Assembly: GCA_032718475.1 (NCBI GenBank)
Contig: JAUCBJ010001846.1
Location: forward strand, 186,001-250,000
Direction: 5' to 3'
Source of the DNA: Nemertoderma westbladi
Taxonomy: Eukaryota; Animalia; Xenacoelomorpha
Length of the DNA stretch: 64,000 nucleotides
Part shown: piece after piece, positions 1 through 10,955 of the stretch
Numbering within the stretch: the first letter of the stretch is position 1
Layout: each line of letters starts with the position of its first letter
Program-made: the position numbers and the translations under genes
Notes under the pieces: model-generated
Seen by the model: the letters and a program-made list of their open reading frames with translations, nothing else
The model's database searches: none
Told to the model about the DNA's origin: nothing

Positions 1-1
1 C

Positions 2-322
2 CGTCCCTGCACTTTTATAAGCAATGAGATTATTTGGATGAGAGTAAATAACAAACAAGGTGCCATCCTCCAAAAAAATACCCATCTCTCTGATCTCATA
101 GGATTGATTACCTAAGAGTGTGGCACTTAGGGTAATTTGATCACCATTATATGTGTTTGAGGTAATGGCAATTCGATCTTGTTCGGCTTGAAGTGCGGTT
201 TCTGACCTTGTCGGCGTGTAACTACCTGCTCCAAAACCAATGTGAGCAATCACGGCAGCAAGACCATTGCTATTCGTGATAGCATCAATGCCTGCTTGTG
301 TATGGGTAAATACAATACTCAT
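2..322 (-). CDS. Phage tail fibre / tail-collar protein, N-terminal part (runs off window start)
   Basis: Not in the ORF track. ATG at 322 overlaps the stop of the tail protein I gene (ATGA). Translation MSIVFTHTQAGIDAITNSNGLAAVIAHIGFGAGSYTPTRSETALQAEQDRIAI...YEIREMGIFLEDGTLFVIYS resembles P2 gpH-type fibre N-termini. Confidence 0.7.
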   Translation of the reverse strand, partial: MSIVFTHTQAGIDAITNSNGLAAVIAHIGFGAGSYTPTRSETALQAEQDRIAITSNTYNGDQITLSATLLGNQSYEIREMGIFLEDGTLFVIYSHPNNLIAYKSAGT

Positions 323-829
323 GCAATACTTCCCTCAAGACTCAAGAATTGCTGAAACAAACCCACACTGGTGAGTTTAATGAGCTGATTGGTAAGAATT
401 TTAAAGGTAACTGAATAATGCACATGCAAAGGCTTAGTCGCATCTAAAATGTCTTTGATATCATCAGTAACTGATTCACTTAACCCTTCTTTAGAGAGAA
501 TGTTGATATCAATAGTGTTAGGGGTTCCTGTAGGTGTTTGATCAAACCACTCCACAATCTCAATCTCCGTATTAATCGCAGCAAGGGCTGTTTGAACGGC
601 ATGAAGCGTTCCTTTGTGTTTGTGCGCTTCAATAGAGGCAGCAATGATTAATCGTTTCTTCTGTACATCCCAATCATCACTCCAAAAATCAACGCTGAGT
701 TCCTTGGCAAGAAAGGGAAGCAAGGCTTCTGGTAGGGTCTGTGGGTTTTTATGGTGTTTTAAGGTAACAGGTAAACTATTCAAGCGTTGTTTCTATATTA
801 GTTGAATTTTGGGGTAATAGTGTATTCAT
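319..829 (-). pseudogene. P2 gpI-like phage tail protein I, frameshifted near the N-terminus
   Basis: ORF 319..783 has LLPFLAKELSVDFW...KRLIIAASIEAHKHKGT...IEIVEWF. The typical start MNTLLPQNSTNIETTLE begins at ATG 829 in another frame and stops right after LE. Confidence 0.75.
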
Positions 830-928
830 GTTCTCTAGTGTAGAGAAGATGACAGGGGGCGTTGAGGGGGTATTTTATGACAGGTAATTGGATGAAGGAT
901 TTTTGATGTCATTGAAGTTAAATAACCC

Positions 929-965
929 TTAAAAGGTTATTAACCCTCTATTAATGACCTTTTAA
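929..965. repeat. Imperfect palindrome, 15-bp arms and 7-bp spacer
   Basis: TTAAAAGGTTATTAA-ccctcta-TTAATGACCTTTTAA, 14/15 arm match, just upstream of the tail genes. Confidence 0.6.
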
Positions 966-1267
966 AAAGGTATCGAATGTTCGTTTTTGTTTCAAAAATG
1001 TTTCTTTTGGTGGAGAAAATGTATGGTTTTAAGCACATTTTATGTGTGTTTTACACTTGTTTTGAAACATTTTTTCCAAAATCAATGTCATTTTCTTTAA
1101 TAGATAAATCGCCGTGATTTTTTGGTGTGTTTGACGTTGGGGTGTTTTTATTGGATTTTAGTTTTTTTCGTTTCTTTGTGTGTCCTACAATAGGTCGGTA
1201 TTTATTATGCGTGTGCTTGGTAATGTATCGTGCGGGCGACCGGGTTGTTTTAGGATTGTTTAGTCGT

Positions 1268-2004
1268 CTAATTTGTTTTCTTTGAAAGAATAAAATTGTA
1301 TCTAAATTGACCAAGGATTTTGCCTATCAATTTTTTAAAGGGCAATCGTTTACATATTTTTGCCAGGCCACCACCCGCATGGTTAATGTAAAAATCCATG
1401 GGCGCTGAGTAGTGGCCAAATATTTTGATCAATAATTTTTTATATTTTCTATTCGGCCAATAACATAAGCCATGCTTACAATAATGAGCGTTTTGCTCAC
1501 ACACTTTTTTCCAAGGCAGGTTTTCTTGGCCTACAGCCCTTACACCAAGTATTGCAAAAACGATAAGATAAATTTTGGGAACATATGGCCATAATATGTT
1601 CATGAAGGGAATCCGCCGGTGAGGCTCGTAGGGTAGATAGTATTTTGATGGGTACAAATGAATCGTATACCCACCTTTTTTTAGTACGCGATAAATTTCA
1701 TCAAAGCATTCTTCCTTATTGTGAACATGCTCTAGTACGCCTGTGCTGATAACAGCATCGAAGGTATTGTCTTTAAAAGGCAAACGATAAGGTGTTGTAG
1801 AAATTTTAAATAGCTTGTCCTTAGAGGAGGCTGTGTTCGCCCAATATTCTTCAAGATCGCAACCATAAGCTTCATAACCCAACGCAGCTATTTGTTTGGC
1901 CAGAGTGCCTGTGCCGCATCCAAAATCTAGTACCTTACAAGTAGTCGCATCATTAAAATGGCATAGTTCTTTAAAGATAGGGTGAAAAATTGATCTGTAT
2001 TCAT
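1268..2004 (-). CDS. Class I SAM-dependent methyltransferase (5' end probably frameshifted)
   Basis: Motif I VLDFGCGTG lies in frame upstream of the called TTG at 1882. LPFKDNTFDAVISTGVLEHV and EIYRVLKKGG are present. One extra T in the T5 run (1985-1989) would join ATG 2004 to the frame. Confidence 0.7.
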
Positions 2005-2103
2005 CTAATAATTATTTTCTTCGATTGTTGATAAAATTTGTTTTTAAAATAACTCTCACTGAGCCATGATAAGATAAAACGATTCAAGAAGTCCATAGTA
2101 TCC

Positions 2104-2556
2104 ATGCAATTAAAACTAAAAATACTCAACCCAAAAATAAAAAAATGGGGTTTGCCAAAGCTCGCGACTTGTGGCTCAGCAGGTGTGGATTTATGTGCAT
2201 GCTTGGATGAACCGATCACCTTGGCTGCAGGGGAAACAAAGCTGATCGGTACAGGCTTTGCCATTTATATTAAAAACCCCAATTATGCAGGTTTTATCCT
2301 GCCCCGTTCAGGGTTGGGGCATAAGCATGGTGTGGTGCTGGGTAATTTGGTGGGGTTGATTGATTCAGACTATCAAGGGGAGATTAAAGTTTCATGTTGG
2401 AATCGAAGCCAAACAGATTTTGTGATTAAACCAGGGATGCGTATTGCACAACTTGTGATCCAACTGGTCATTCAACCTATGCTCGAGGTTGTCGATGACT
2501 TTGAAAAAACCCGTCGGGGTGATGGCGGTTTTGGTCATACTGGGGTGAATACATGA
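2104..2556 (+). CDS. dut: dUTP diphosphatase
   Basis: [23 protein letters not shown] and [10 protein letters not shown] motifs. Confidence 0.97.
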   Translation: MQLKLKILNPKIKKWGLPKLATCGSAGVDLCACLDEPITLAAGETKLIGTGFAIYIKNPNYAGFILPRSGLGHKHGVVLGNLVGLIDSDYQGEIKVSCWNRSQTDFVIKPGMRIAQLVIQLVIQPMLEVVDDFEKTRRGDGGFGHTGVNT

Positions 2557-3416
2557 AACATTTAGGTATTACCCAATCAGATCGACAAAAGGTTTCTGTT
2601 TTAGCGGATGCCTTGCCTTACATTAAAAAGTTTTCAGGCAAGGTCATGGTCATTAAATATGGCGGTAATGCCATGCTAGATGAATCAATGAAAAACTCAT
2701 TTGCCTATGATGTGGCCATGCTTAAATATGTGGGCATTAAACCGGTGATCGTGCATGGGGGTGGGCCTGATATTGATCAGATGATGGTGCGTCTAAATCA
2801 GCCCATTGAGAAAAAAGATGGCATGCGGGTGACAAGCAAATCAGTGATCGAAACGGTTGAAATGGTGCTCACGGGTAAAATTAATCGACAAATTGTCTCA
2901 ATGTTGTGTCAGCAAGGCGTGAAAGCAGTGGGTTTATCAGGGCGTGATTCAAGCCTAATAACGGCTGATTTTATTGATCAAAAAGCATTAGGTTTTGTGG
3001 GGGAGGTGGTATCTATTAATACTGATCTGTTAAATACACTACTTGAAAAAGATTTTATTCCTGTCATTACCCCCATCGGTTGTGGCAAATCTGACCAGGT
3101 TTTTAATATTAATGCTGATTTGGTTGCAGGGCGCCTTGCTAGCCAAATGGTGTGTGAAAAATTAGTTTTAATGACTAATACTCTGGGTGTTTTAAGTAAA
3201 ACAGGTGAATTGTTCAGTCATTTGAGTTCAGATCAGTTGGTTGAATTGATTGTTGATCAAACCATCATCGGTGGCATGCTGCCCAAGGTTCGCTGTAGCT
3301 TAGATGCGATTAAAGGCGGGGTGAGATCAGTTCATATGATTGATGGACGAATCAAACATGCATTGTTGCTTGAACTTTTAACAGAAAAAGGGATTGGAAC
3401 ATTAATCAGTGCTTAA
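2553..3416 (+). CDS. argB: Acetylglutamate kinase
   Basis: [20 protein letters not shown] and GGMLPK motifs; overlaps the dut stop. Confidence 0.96.
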   Translation: MKHLGITQSDRQKVSVLADALPYIKKFSGKVMVIKYGGNAMLDESMKNSFAYDVAMLKYVGIKPVIVHGGGPDIDQMMVRLNQPIEKKDGMRVTSKSVIETVEMVLTGKINRQIVSMLCQQGVKAVGLSGRDSSLITADFIDQKALGFVGEVVSINTDLLNTLLEKDFIPVITPIGCGKSDQVFNINADLVAGRLASQMVCEKLVLMTNTLGVLSKTGELFSHLSSDQLVELIVDQTIIGGMLPKVRCSLDAIKGGVRSVHMIDGRIKHALLLELLTEKGIGTLISA

Positions 3417-3500
3417 GCAAGGTGGCTATTTGTGCCAATATACTGAAAGAAAATACAGTTATAATTCTTATAGACGTTAGCATTTGATGATCAAATTTAA

Positions 3501-4250
3501 ATGAAACCTTTTTTTTCACCCCGCTATTTAATTCGCTTAGACGATGCCTGCTCAACCATGGATCAAAAAAATGGGTTCGGATTGAATCTATATTAAATGC
3601 TGCTAATCTAAAGCCCATGGTCGCTGTTATACCCGATAACCAAGACTCAAAGATGATGATCAATCCGGTCGATCCAAATTTTTGGGGAAAAGTAAGGGCT
3701 TGGCAAACCAAAAAATGGTGGATCGCGCTACATGGCCATACCCACCAAATGCGTGAAACAACCGCCAAACAAATTTTACCCTTTTATCCGCACAGTGAAT
3801 TTAGCGGGCTCTCTTACCGAAAGCAAGCCCAAAAAATTGACCAAGCCTTGGCTATTTTTAAAGCAAACAGAGTCAAGCCAACCCTTTGGATCGCCCCGGG
3901 TCATTGTTTTGATGAAACAACAGTTACAGTATTGCGTGATCGGACCAATATCAAAATAATTAGCGATTCAATTGCCCTAAATGTTTATTTTAAAAATGGC
4001 ATGTTTTGGCTACCCCAACAGTTGTGGGGTTTTAAAAAATGCCCTTTGGTTTATGGACGATTTGCCTGCACCCCAATACCATGCAGGAAAAATATTTCAC
4101 ACGCCTTGAGGCGTAAATTGCCCGCTACCGAAACTTATTTTTAAACCCTGAGGATGTTGAACTTAAAAAGCGGCGACGGGGGTTGTTGGATCGCTCAGTA
4201 CACGCCCTGTACTGGTTGAAAAAAAACAAATCATCACCGCGTTGTTTGAA
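3501..4250 (+). pseudogene. DUF2334 / polysaccharide deacetylase-like protein, disrupted
   Basis: Reconstructed YLIRLDDACSTMD..KW..IE..KPMVAVIPDN..IALHGHTH..APGH..PQQLW..MPFGLWTICLHPNTM. Needs +1 A at A7 (3565-3571) and at A6 (4034-4039), and has an in-frame TAA at 4114-4116. Confidence 0.7.
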
Positions 4251-4263
4251 TAAGGAGACACAA

Positions 4264-4953
4264 GTGATTAACCAACTGCACAGCTATTTTCACAACCCTA
4301 ACAAGGGATGGGACCCTGTTTCTAAAACGTACGCCGATGAATATGCGGCTTATATGTGGAGCAATCCACTGGATGAAGAAGCAATTGATCGGCTGGCATC
4401 ATGGTCGGGCGGTTTTGAGGGTAAAACAGTGTTAGATTTAGGGGCAGGCCCTGGTCAATACAGCGTGGAATTTGCCAAACGAGGGGCTAAGGTCACTTGG
4501 TTTGATATTTCTAAAAATTATCAAACCATTGCCATGCAAAAATCCAAAGCACACGGCGTTGATATTAATTTTTCAATGGGGTATTTAGACTATGCATATA
4601 GCATTTTACAACAACAGTTTGATATTGTGTTTAACCGAGTATGCTGGTATTACTGCTTTAATGATCGCGTCTTTGCCAATGTGTTTTATCAGTTAATTAC
4701 ATCACAAGGTGTGGGGTATGTGATTACCAATGTCTATCAAGTCGGTCAAAAAGGGGGTTTTTCCTCAAACATCAAGGCGATGATCAACCATCGATTGGGA
4801 CTTAAAATTGGTCATCCTTACCCACCAAGTGGGCGTGTGGCACAACTGCTTTCAACAAAAAAGATAAGTAGGCTATTAGCGGACTATCGGCAAAACAAAG
4901 CCAGTATTGCCCCTGCCCAATGGGCTGATCATGTGTTAGTGGAGAAATCATAA
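4264..4953 (+). CDS. Class I SAM-dependent methyltransferase
   Basis: VLDLGAGPG motif and FDIVF. Likely GTG start at 4264 after AAGGAG. Confidence 0.85.
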   Translation: MINQLHSYFHNPNKGWDPVSKTYADEYAAYMWSNPLDEEAIDRLASWSGGFEGKTVLDLGAGPGQYSVEFAKRGAKVTWFDISKNYQTIAMQKSKAHGVDINFSMGYLDYAYSILQQQFDIVFNRVCWYYCFNDRVFANVFYQLITSQGVGYVITNVYQVGQKGGFSSNIKAMINHRLGLKIGHPYPPSGRVAQLLSTKKISRLLADYRQNKASIAPAQWADHVLVEKS

Positions 4954-5347
4954 ATGAAAGTTAAGCGTCAAGAAACTATCGTTTTTATGATGGCTTTTTT
5001 TACTAACTGCTTGCAGTACAGGCACGACCTTATTTGGTTGATTCACCGCCCCGAAGCATTTATCAAAAACTATTAAAGATGATCAATATCAATGGCAATA
5101 TACCCGAATAAAAGAGGTGGAGCACCCATCACCAAATATGGGTAAAATAACAGTGGGTACTATCTTTGGGTCCGCTGTGTTTGGCACAAACTTATACAAT
5201 GCTGTGTTGACCATGCACGCAACAGGCATACTAAAAACTGAAAGGGTTAAAGGGATGTTTAAAAAACCACCCGCATTGGCAACCCTAAACAGCCGTTTTA
5301 TGAAACGTTTAAACTACAGGCAATACCGTGCATTACGCCGTTTATGA
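4954..5347 (+). pseudogene. Possible lipoprotein gene remnant
   Basis: Fragmented frames, one with a lipobox-like FLLTAC-STG followed by a stop. Confidence 0.25.
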
Positions 5348-5617
5348 AGGGGGCTCTAGGTACCAATATGCCCTCTTTTCGTTAGTTGATAAAGGGGATA
5401 AATTTTTTGTTGTAGAAGCCGACATTTGGCGAGATAGTGTTTACACCCCTTCAATTGATACACTGATTGCAAGAAAATGGAAACGATTTAAGTGATATTT
5501 GAATCCTGTAAAGTGAACAACAATCCGTCCAAAAAAAGCGATAATAGTTTTTGAGTATTTATCAGGAAATTAAAATGCGATAGACTACTTAGGTCATCAC
5601 AATTCCAATATTTCTCA

Positions 5618-6922
5618 ATGTTTGAATCTCTATTAATCACTTTACTTATTCTTGTGATCATCAACATTGCTATTGGGTTATTAAGGCGACCCACCGTTGA
5701 TTTGACGCCACAGTTAAAAAACATCATCACAGTCATCGAGCGCACAGAAAAATTAATCAAAGACGAATTTGGGCGCAACCGAGAAGAGGGCAATAAAATG
5801 GCCAAACAAAGCCGCGATGAACTCAACCAATCGCTTAACCAATTTAGCGAGCAGTTTTCCAAAAATGTGAAAACACTAAACGAATTGCTGCGAGAAAAAT
5901 TTGGGGATTTTTCAGCACAACAAACCAAAATTAATCAACAAAATATTGAACATATCAAAGAGATAAAGCAAACCATCGAAAAACAATTAAAAGACATACG
6001 TGACGACAACACCAAACAACTCAACCAAATGCGCATTACCGTGGATGAAAAATTACAAAAAACGCTAAACGATCGCCTAAGCCAATCGTTTGAGACCGTG
6101 AGTAAACAACTGCAATCTGTTCAAGTAGGATTGGGCGAGATGAAAAACTTAGCATCGGATGTAGGGGGTTTAAAAAAAGTGCTCAGTAATGTCAAAATGC
6201 GCGGAAGCATTGGCGAGTTGCAACTTGAAATGCTGCTTGAAAGTATACTCGCGCCTGATCAATATCAAGCCAATGTTAATACAAAACAAGGCAGTCAGGG
6301 TGTGGTGGAATTTGCCATCAAACTGCCCGGTAAGGGGGATAAAGCGGCTGCCCCTTGTTGGTTGCCCATTGATTCAAAATTCCCAAAAGATATTTACGAG
6401 CGCTTGGTCGATGCTCACCAGATCGGTGATACGGACGAAATAGCAGCTGCCAGAAAGAACATGGAAAACACCCTCAAAAAAATGGCCAAAGACATTTGTG
6501 ATAAATACATTGATCCCCCTAATACAACTGATTTTGGCATCATGTTTCTACCCTTTGAGGGGATATATGCTGAAGTAGTCAGAAATGTGACCTTATTGGA
6601 AACCTTGCAACGTGACTATAAAATTATTGTCACAGGCCCCACCACCTTGGCGGCTCTTTTAAACAGCCTACAAATGGGTTTTAAAACGCTTGGCATTGAG
6701 AAACAAAGTGCACAGATATTGCAGGTGTTAGGGGGCGTTAAAAAAGAGTTTGAAAATTTCGAAACCCTGATGGGTAAAGCTCACAAAAATATAAAAATAG
6801 GGCTGGGTCAGATAGATGATTTGATGAGTACACGTACACGTGCCATGACACGGCAACTAAAAGAGGTAGAGGTATTGAGCAGCCAGCTGCCAGATTCATC
6901 ATTAATAAGTGATAAGCCCTAA
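5618..6922 (+). CDS. rmuC: DNA recombination protein RmuC family
   Basis: N-terminal TM, coiled coil, RGSIGELQLE, LPIDSKFP, YIDPPNTTDFGIMFLPFEG and GPTTL. Confidence 0.93.
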   Translation: MFESLLITLLILVIINIAIGLLRRPTVDLTPQLKNIITVIERTEKLIKDEFGRNREEGNKMAKQSRDELNQSLNQFSEQFSKNVKTLNELLREKFGDFSAQQTKINQQNIEHIKEIKQTIEKQLKDIRDDNTKQLNQMRITVDEKLQKTLNDRLSQSFETVSKQLQSVQVGLGEMKNLASDVGGLKKVLSNVKMRGSIGELQLEMLLESILAPDQYQANVNTKQGSQGVVEFAIKLPGKGDKAAAPCWLPIDSKFPKDIYERLVDAHQIGDTDEIAAARKNMENTLKKMAKDICDKYIDPPNTTDFGIMFLPFEGIYAEVVRNVTLLETLQRDYKIIVTGPTTLAALLNSLQMGFKTLGIEKQSAQILQVLGGVKKEFENFETLMGKAHKNIKIGLGQIDDLMSTRTRAMTRQLKEVEVLSSQLPDSSLISDKP

Positions 6923-6982
6923 ACTTATCATTGATCGATCAGTTGATAGATGTACCCATTTTTCCCACTTGATTGAAAAACC

Positions 6983-7342
6983 CTAAATCAACACCACCAA
7001 CCAAACAATTGCAGCCATTAAAAGGGCAAAAAATACAGCACTAGAACCTAAATCTTTTGCTGCCCCACTGAGCGTGTGCTTATCATGGCTAATTCTGTTG
7101 ATCACTACCTCAATGGCTGTGTTGATGATCTCTACCAGCATCACAAACAGCCAACTTAGCACCAACAGCATGCGCTCATACAATGCCACATTAACAGAAA
7201 ATGCAATGACCAGCACAGGAACCAGTAGGCATGTTTCCTGACGAAATGCTACCTCATTTTTCCAAACAAAATGCAGTCCTCTTAGGGTGTTTTTAAATGC
7301 GTTATAAACGCGTACACTGTTGAATATTGAGTTTTTCATCAC
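6983..7342 (-). CDS. dgkA: Diacylglycerol kinase
   Basis: EVAFRQE, EIINTAIE and AKDLGSSAV motifs. Confidence 0.92.
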   Translation of the reverse strand: MMKNSIFNSVRVYNAFKNTLRGLHFVWKNEVAFRQETCLLVPVLVIAFSVNVALYERMLLVLSWLFVMLVEIINTAIEVVINRISHDKHTLSGAAKDLGSSAVFFALLMAAIVWLVVLI

Positions 7343-7406
7343 AGGCTCACAATTTTTTGCATTATAAACCCGTTTAAAAACCTCAACAATAAAGAAGGTG
7401 GTTATT

Positions 7407-8342
7407 TTAGTTGTTTAAAATTGCTTGCATATCATCAGGTATTACAGCGCGAAAACTTAGTGGCTGATTGGTTTGGGGGTGAAAAAATCTTAATCGCTTT
7501 GCATGCAAGGCTTGTCGAGCCAATTGTTGTATGTTTTTTTGGTGATTTAAGTCGGTTATTTTTGCCAGTGCGTGTTGTTTTTTATAAAGCGGATCGCCCA
7601 CGATCGGGTGGCCAATATGGAGCATATGTACTCTAATTTGATGCGTTCTACCTGTATCGAGTTTGCATTCTACATGGCTCAATCCTTCAAATTTTTTAAG
7701 GGTTTTGTAGTGGGTGATGGCCACTTTTCCATCTAAATCAATGGCTTGCTTTAGGCGATTTTTACTTGAACGACGCATGGGGTCATCAATAGTGCCAATG
7801 TTAGGTTGAATATATCCAAATACAATAGCGCTATAAATTCGCTCAACAGATCGGCTTTTAATTTGTGTGGTCAGGCTTTGGTGGGCTTGTAATGTTTTGG
7901 CTGCTACCATCAGACCTGTGGTGTCTTTATCTAGCCGATGAACAATGCCGGCTCGGGGCAGTTTAGCTTGCCCCTCAATTTTATTGATCAGGCCGTTTGC
8001 AACTGTATCGGTCAGATGCGCTGCGCATGGATGCACCACCAAGTCTTTTGGCTTGTTAATAACGATAATGTGTTGGTCTTCATATACAATGTTTAGTTCA
8101 ATGGCAGTGCCTTGCCAGTTGGTTGGGTCGTTGGGTGTTTGTATAAAGGCTTGATGAACTTCAATGACATCTCCTGTGGCGACAATTTTTTTTGGCAATA
8201 TTTTAGTATGATTAAGTAGTATTTGGCCTTTTCGTATGCCTTGGGTTAACATACTTCTTGAATATTGAGGTATCAATGATGCACAGGCAACATCAAAACG
8301 ATGGCCGTTTTCTTTTAATGTCACGATGTATTGATCGGTCAT
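7407..8342 (-). CDS. rluD: 23S rRNA pseudouridine synthase RluD
   Basis: S4-like N-terminus, VHRLDKDTTG, TGRTHQIRVH and GDPLY; divergent from bamD as is typical. Confidence 0.92.
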   Translation of the reverse strand: MTDQYIVTLKENGHRFDVACASLIPQYSRSMLTQGIRKGQILLNHTKILPKKIVATGDVIEVHQAFIQTPNDPTNWQGTAIELNIVYEDQHIIVINKPKDLVVHPCAAHLTDTVANGLINKIEGQAKLPRAGIVHRLDKDTTGLMVAAKTLQAHQSLTTQIKSRSVERIYSAIVFGYIQPNIGTIDDPMRRSSKNRLKQAIDLDGKVAITHYKTLKKFEGLSHVECKLDTGRTHQIRVHMLHIGHPIVGDPLYKKQHALAKITDLNHQKNIQQLARQALHAKRLRFFHPQTNQPLSFRAVIPDDMQAILNN

Positions 8343-9351
8343 GATTGTTCGTTTATTTTTATTATTATTTTGCTTATTGTTAGTGGGTTGTGATTCTATT
8401 CTACAAGAAGAGGATTTAACCCAGCCTATTATTAGCCCTGAAGACGACCCTCTGTCTTGGGATGTAAACCGCTACTACAGTGAGGCAAAATTGGCCTTTT
8501 CAACCGGTCGTTACGATGATGCCTTAGCGCATCATCAATCTATTGTAGGCTTATTTTCTAATACTGACTATGCTCGTCAATCATTGGTAGATATGGTTTA
8601 TATTAATCATTTTTTAAAAAATTGGGATCAGGTTAAGTTACTTTCAAAGCGCTTTCAAAAGCGATTTCCCAATACTAAAGCGAATGCTTATGTTTTGTAC
8701 TTAACAGCAGTGAGTTTACATGAAGAATTTAAGCATTTTTTTGATGATGTGTTGGAATTAGAACAGTCCGGTCGGGACCGAAGTACACTATTGAACGTAT
8801 ATTTTGCCTTTAAAAAAGTCGTTGATCGTTTTGGTAAAAGCGAATATGCACAAGATGCACGCAAGCAAATGTTACAAATTCACGATGCGTTGGCCAGCAA
8901 TGAAATGAAAGTTGCCATGTTTTATGCAAAAAGGCGCGTGTATTTAGCCGTGATTAACCGTATAAAATATTTGATTGAGCATTTCCCTACCTCAAAATTG
9001 CGATCAGATGCCATTTTTTTAATGGCTTACTACTACAATCGTCTAGAATTGACTGATCTCTCAGATGATGCCGAATCAGTCCTTCGCCTTAATTACCCAA
9101 GTTATCGACCTAGTGAGCAAATTGTTGATTTGATACAAGATGATATTGTGTATCAGACAGAAAATATCAAAACCCCAACGGTGTTTGACCAGCAGTTGCT
9201 TGGTTTTTTATCACAAACGGTTGAAAACCAAGAAGATACCGACGAAGTTGAAAATAGCAACACATCTGTTGAATTTGATGTTTTAGATGAGGATGATGAA
9301 AAACTTCAAACACCTAGCAATGAATTTGACCTTGATCAATTGGTTTTTTAA
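8341..9351 (+). CDS. bamD: Outer membrane assembly lipoprotein BamD with acidic C-terminal extension
   Basis: Lipobox LLLVGC, TPR-like helices, LASNEMKVAMFY..R..YLAVINR; conserved rluD/bamD synteny. Confidence 0.85.
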   Translation: MIVRLFLLLFCLLLVGCDSILQEEDLTQPIISPEDDPLSWDVNRYYSEAKLAFSTGRYDDALAHHQSIVGLFSNTDYARQSLVDMVYINHFLKNWDQVKLLSKRFQKRFPNTKANAYVLYLTAVSLHEEFKHFFDDVLELEQSGRDRSTLLNVYFAFKKVVDRFGKSEYAQDARKQMLQIHDALASNEMKVAMFYAKRRVYLAVINRIKYLIEHFPTSKLRSDAIFLMAYYYNRLELTDLSDDAESVLRLNYPSYRPSEQIVDLIQDDIVYQTENIKTPTVFDQQLLGFLSQTVENQEDTDEVENSNTSVEFDVLDEDDEKLQTPSNEFDLDQLVF

Positions 9352-9372
9352 TGGCTCAAAGCCCACTGATTT

Positions 9373-9402
9373 AAATAGCCTTTGATCAAAGGCTATTTTT
9401 TC
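9373..9402 (+). terminator. Rho-independent terminator after bamD
   Basis: Perfect palindrome AAATAGCCTTTGATCAAAGGCTATTT followed by Ts. Confidence 0.7.
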
Positions 9403-9403
9403 A

Positions 9404-10126
9404 ATGAATTCACTCAACAAACAACCCCTTCGAAAAATTCATACACTGCTCAATCAATCTAGGTTTTGTGTGGGTGATTTTAAAATTGCCTATGACGAAT
9501 CAGACCAATGCATTCGAATCACCTTTTTACCTCACCCAGATTATCAATGAATTATTTCAAATCGCCCGTAATTAAGGGTAGGGTTTTTCAGGGTATTGGG
9601 TTATTCACGTTCAGATAAATTACCAGCAATACCTTTTACCCTTGAAACACCGGGTGATAATGAGCATGTTTGTCGGGTAGAACACAAATCACCACATGAT
9701 TGCATTTCATGTATTATCCGTTGGTGTCAAAATATATCCGGTGAGCTGTCTATTAATGATGATATATCAACCCTTGATGATGCTCCATTTGACTTAGAAA
9801 AGCTGCAAGCCCAAATAAGCGAAAAACTAGGCGATGATAACACACGTTTCACTGAAAAAGAGATTGACAATATAGCCGATCGATTAAATGAGCTTGAAGC
9901 AAAGTTAAGTATACTCGAAAAAGAAAATATCCTCACACAGCAAAAATTTGAACGAGCCAAACAGGCTATTGAAGCAATCAAAAGTGATTCATGTCGATAC
10001 ACTAAAAAAGTGTGGTTAATGACCAATGCCAGTCGATGGACTCACCTAGTTAAAAAAATTGGGTATTCAAAAGAGATAAAAGCGCTTGCTTTGGGCATCA
10101 TTAAAAAAATGATTGGCTTGCCTTAA
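9404..10126 (+). pseudogene. Hypothetical coiled-coil protein, probably with two premature stops
   Basis: ATG 9404 (MNSLNKQPLRKIHTLLNQSRF...) is in the same frame as ORF 9596..10126, separated by in-frame TGA and TAA. Confidence 0.45.
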
Positions 10127-10208
10127 TTAAAGGTTAAGTGCTTTACAAGTTTATTTTGAGAAGTACCAAAAATATTCAATAATATTCTTTTTTACCCCAA
10201 GGAGAGAG

Positions 10209-10745
10209 ATGAAAATTTTAGCCTTTGCCGCTACCAGTAGCCGTGATTCAATCAATAAAAAACTTGTTACATACGCTGTTGATGTATTAAAAGCAGACAT
10301 TTTGGAAGATCCTGAAATTGAATTGATTGATCTCAATGATTTTGAAATGCCCCTATACAGCATCGACCGAGAAAACGAAGGGGGTATCCCCCAAAAAGCC
10401 CATCAATTTTTCCAAAAAATTGGCCAAGCTGATGTGTTGTTAATTTCGTATGCTGAACACAACGGTTCGTACACTGCCGCGTTTAAAAATTTATACGATT
10501 GGGCATCTCGTATTGACGCGAAAGTGTATCAAAACAAATCGGTTGTGCTGTTAGCCACCTCCCCAGGGCCCGGGGGCGCAGGTAGTGTTTTGGAATCAGC
10601 CAAACAATCAGCACCATTTTTTGGTGCGGATGTAAAGAGTACACTTTCTATTCCCAGTTTTTTTGACAATTTTGATACAAAAACGGGGCGCATCACGGGC
10701 GTCATTGATCAGCAATTAAGGGCAGCCCTCAGCACATTGAAATAA
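10209..10745 (+). CDS. NAD(P)H-dependent FMN reductase family protein
   Basis: ILAFAATSSRDSIN, AEHNGSY.AAFKN..DW and ATSPGPGG; GGAG RBS. Confidence 0.9.
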   Translation: MKILAFAATSSRDSINKKLVTYAVDVLKADILEDPEIELIDLNDFEMPLYSIDRENEGGIPQKAHQFFQKIGQADVLLISYAEHNGSYTAAFKNLYDWASRIDAKVYQNKSVVLLATSPGPGGAGSVLESAKQSAPFFGADVKSTLSIPSFFDNFDTKTGRITGVIDQQLRAALSTLK

Positions 10746-10955
10746 AAACTGCCATCAAGATTGATTGGATGCTTGTATTTTGAGGGGCTTTTACCAAAGC
10801 TAGGTCCTAATTGTTTTAATGCGCGAAAGCACTACCCGTTTAAGCGATGAAAGCCGATCTCTTTGCTAAGCTAACCGTCTTTAGAATCAATATGATCCTA
10901 TTGTTCCGTTGGCGTTGGTAGGGTTTTTGATTAAGCGTGAAGCGGTTAATTTAAG

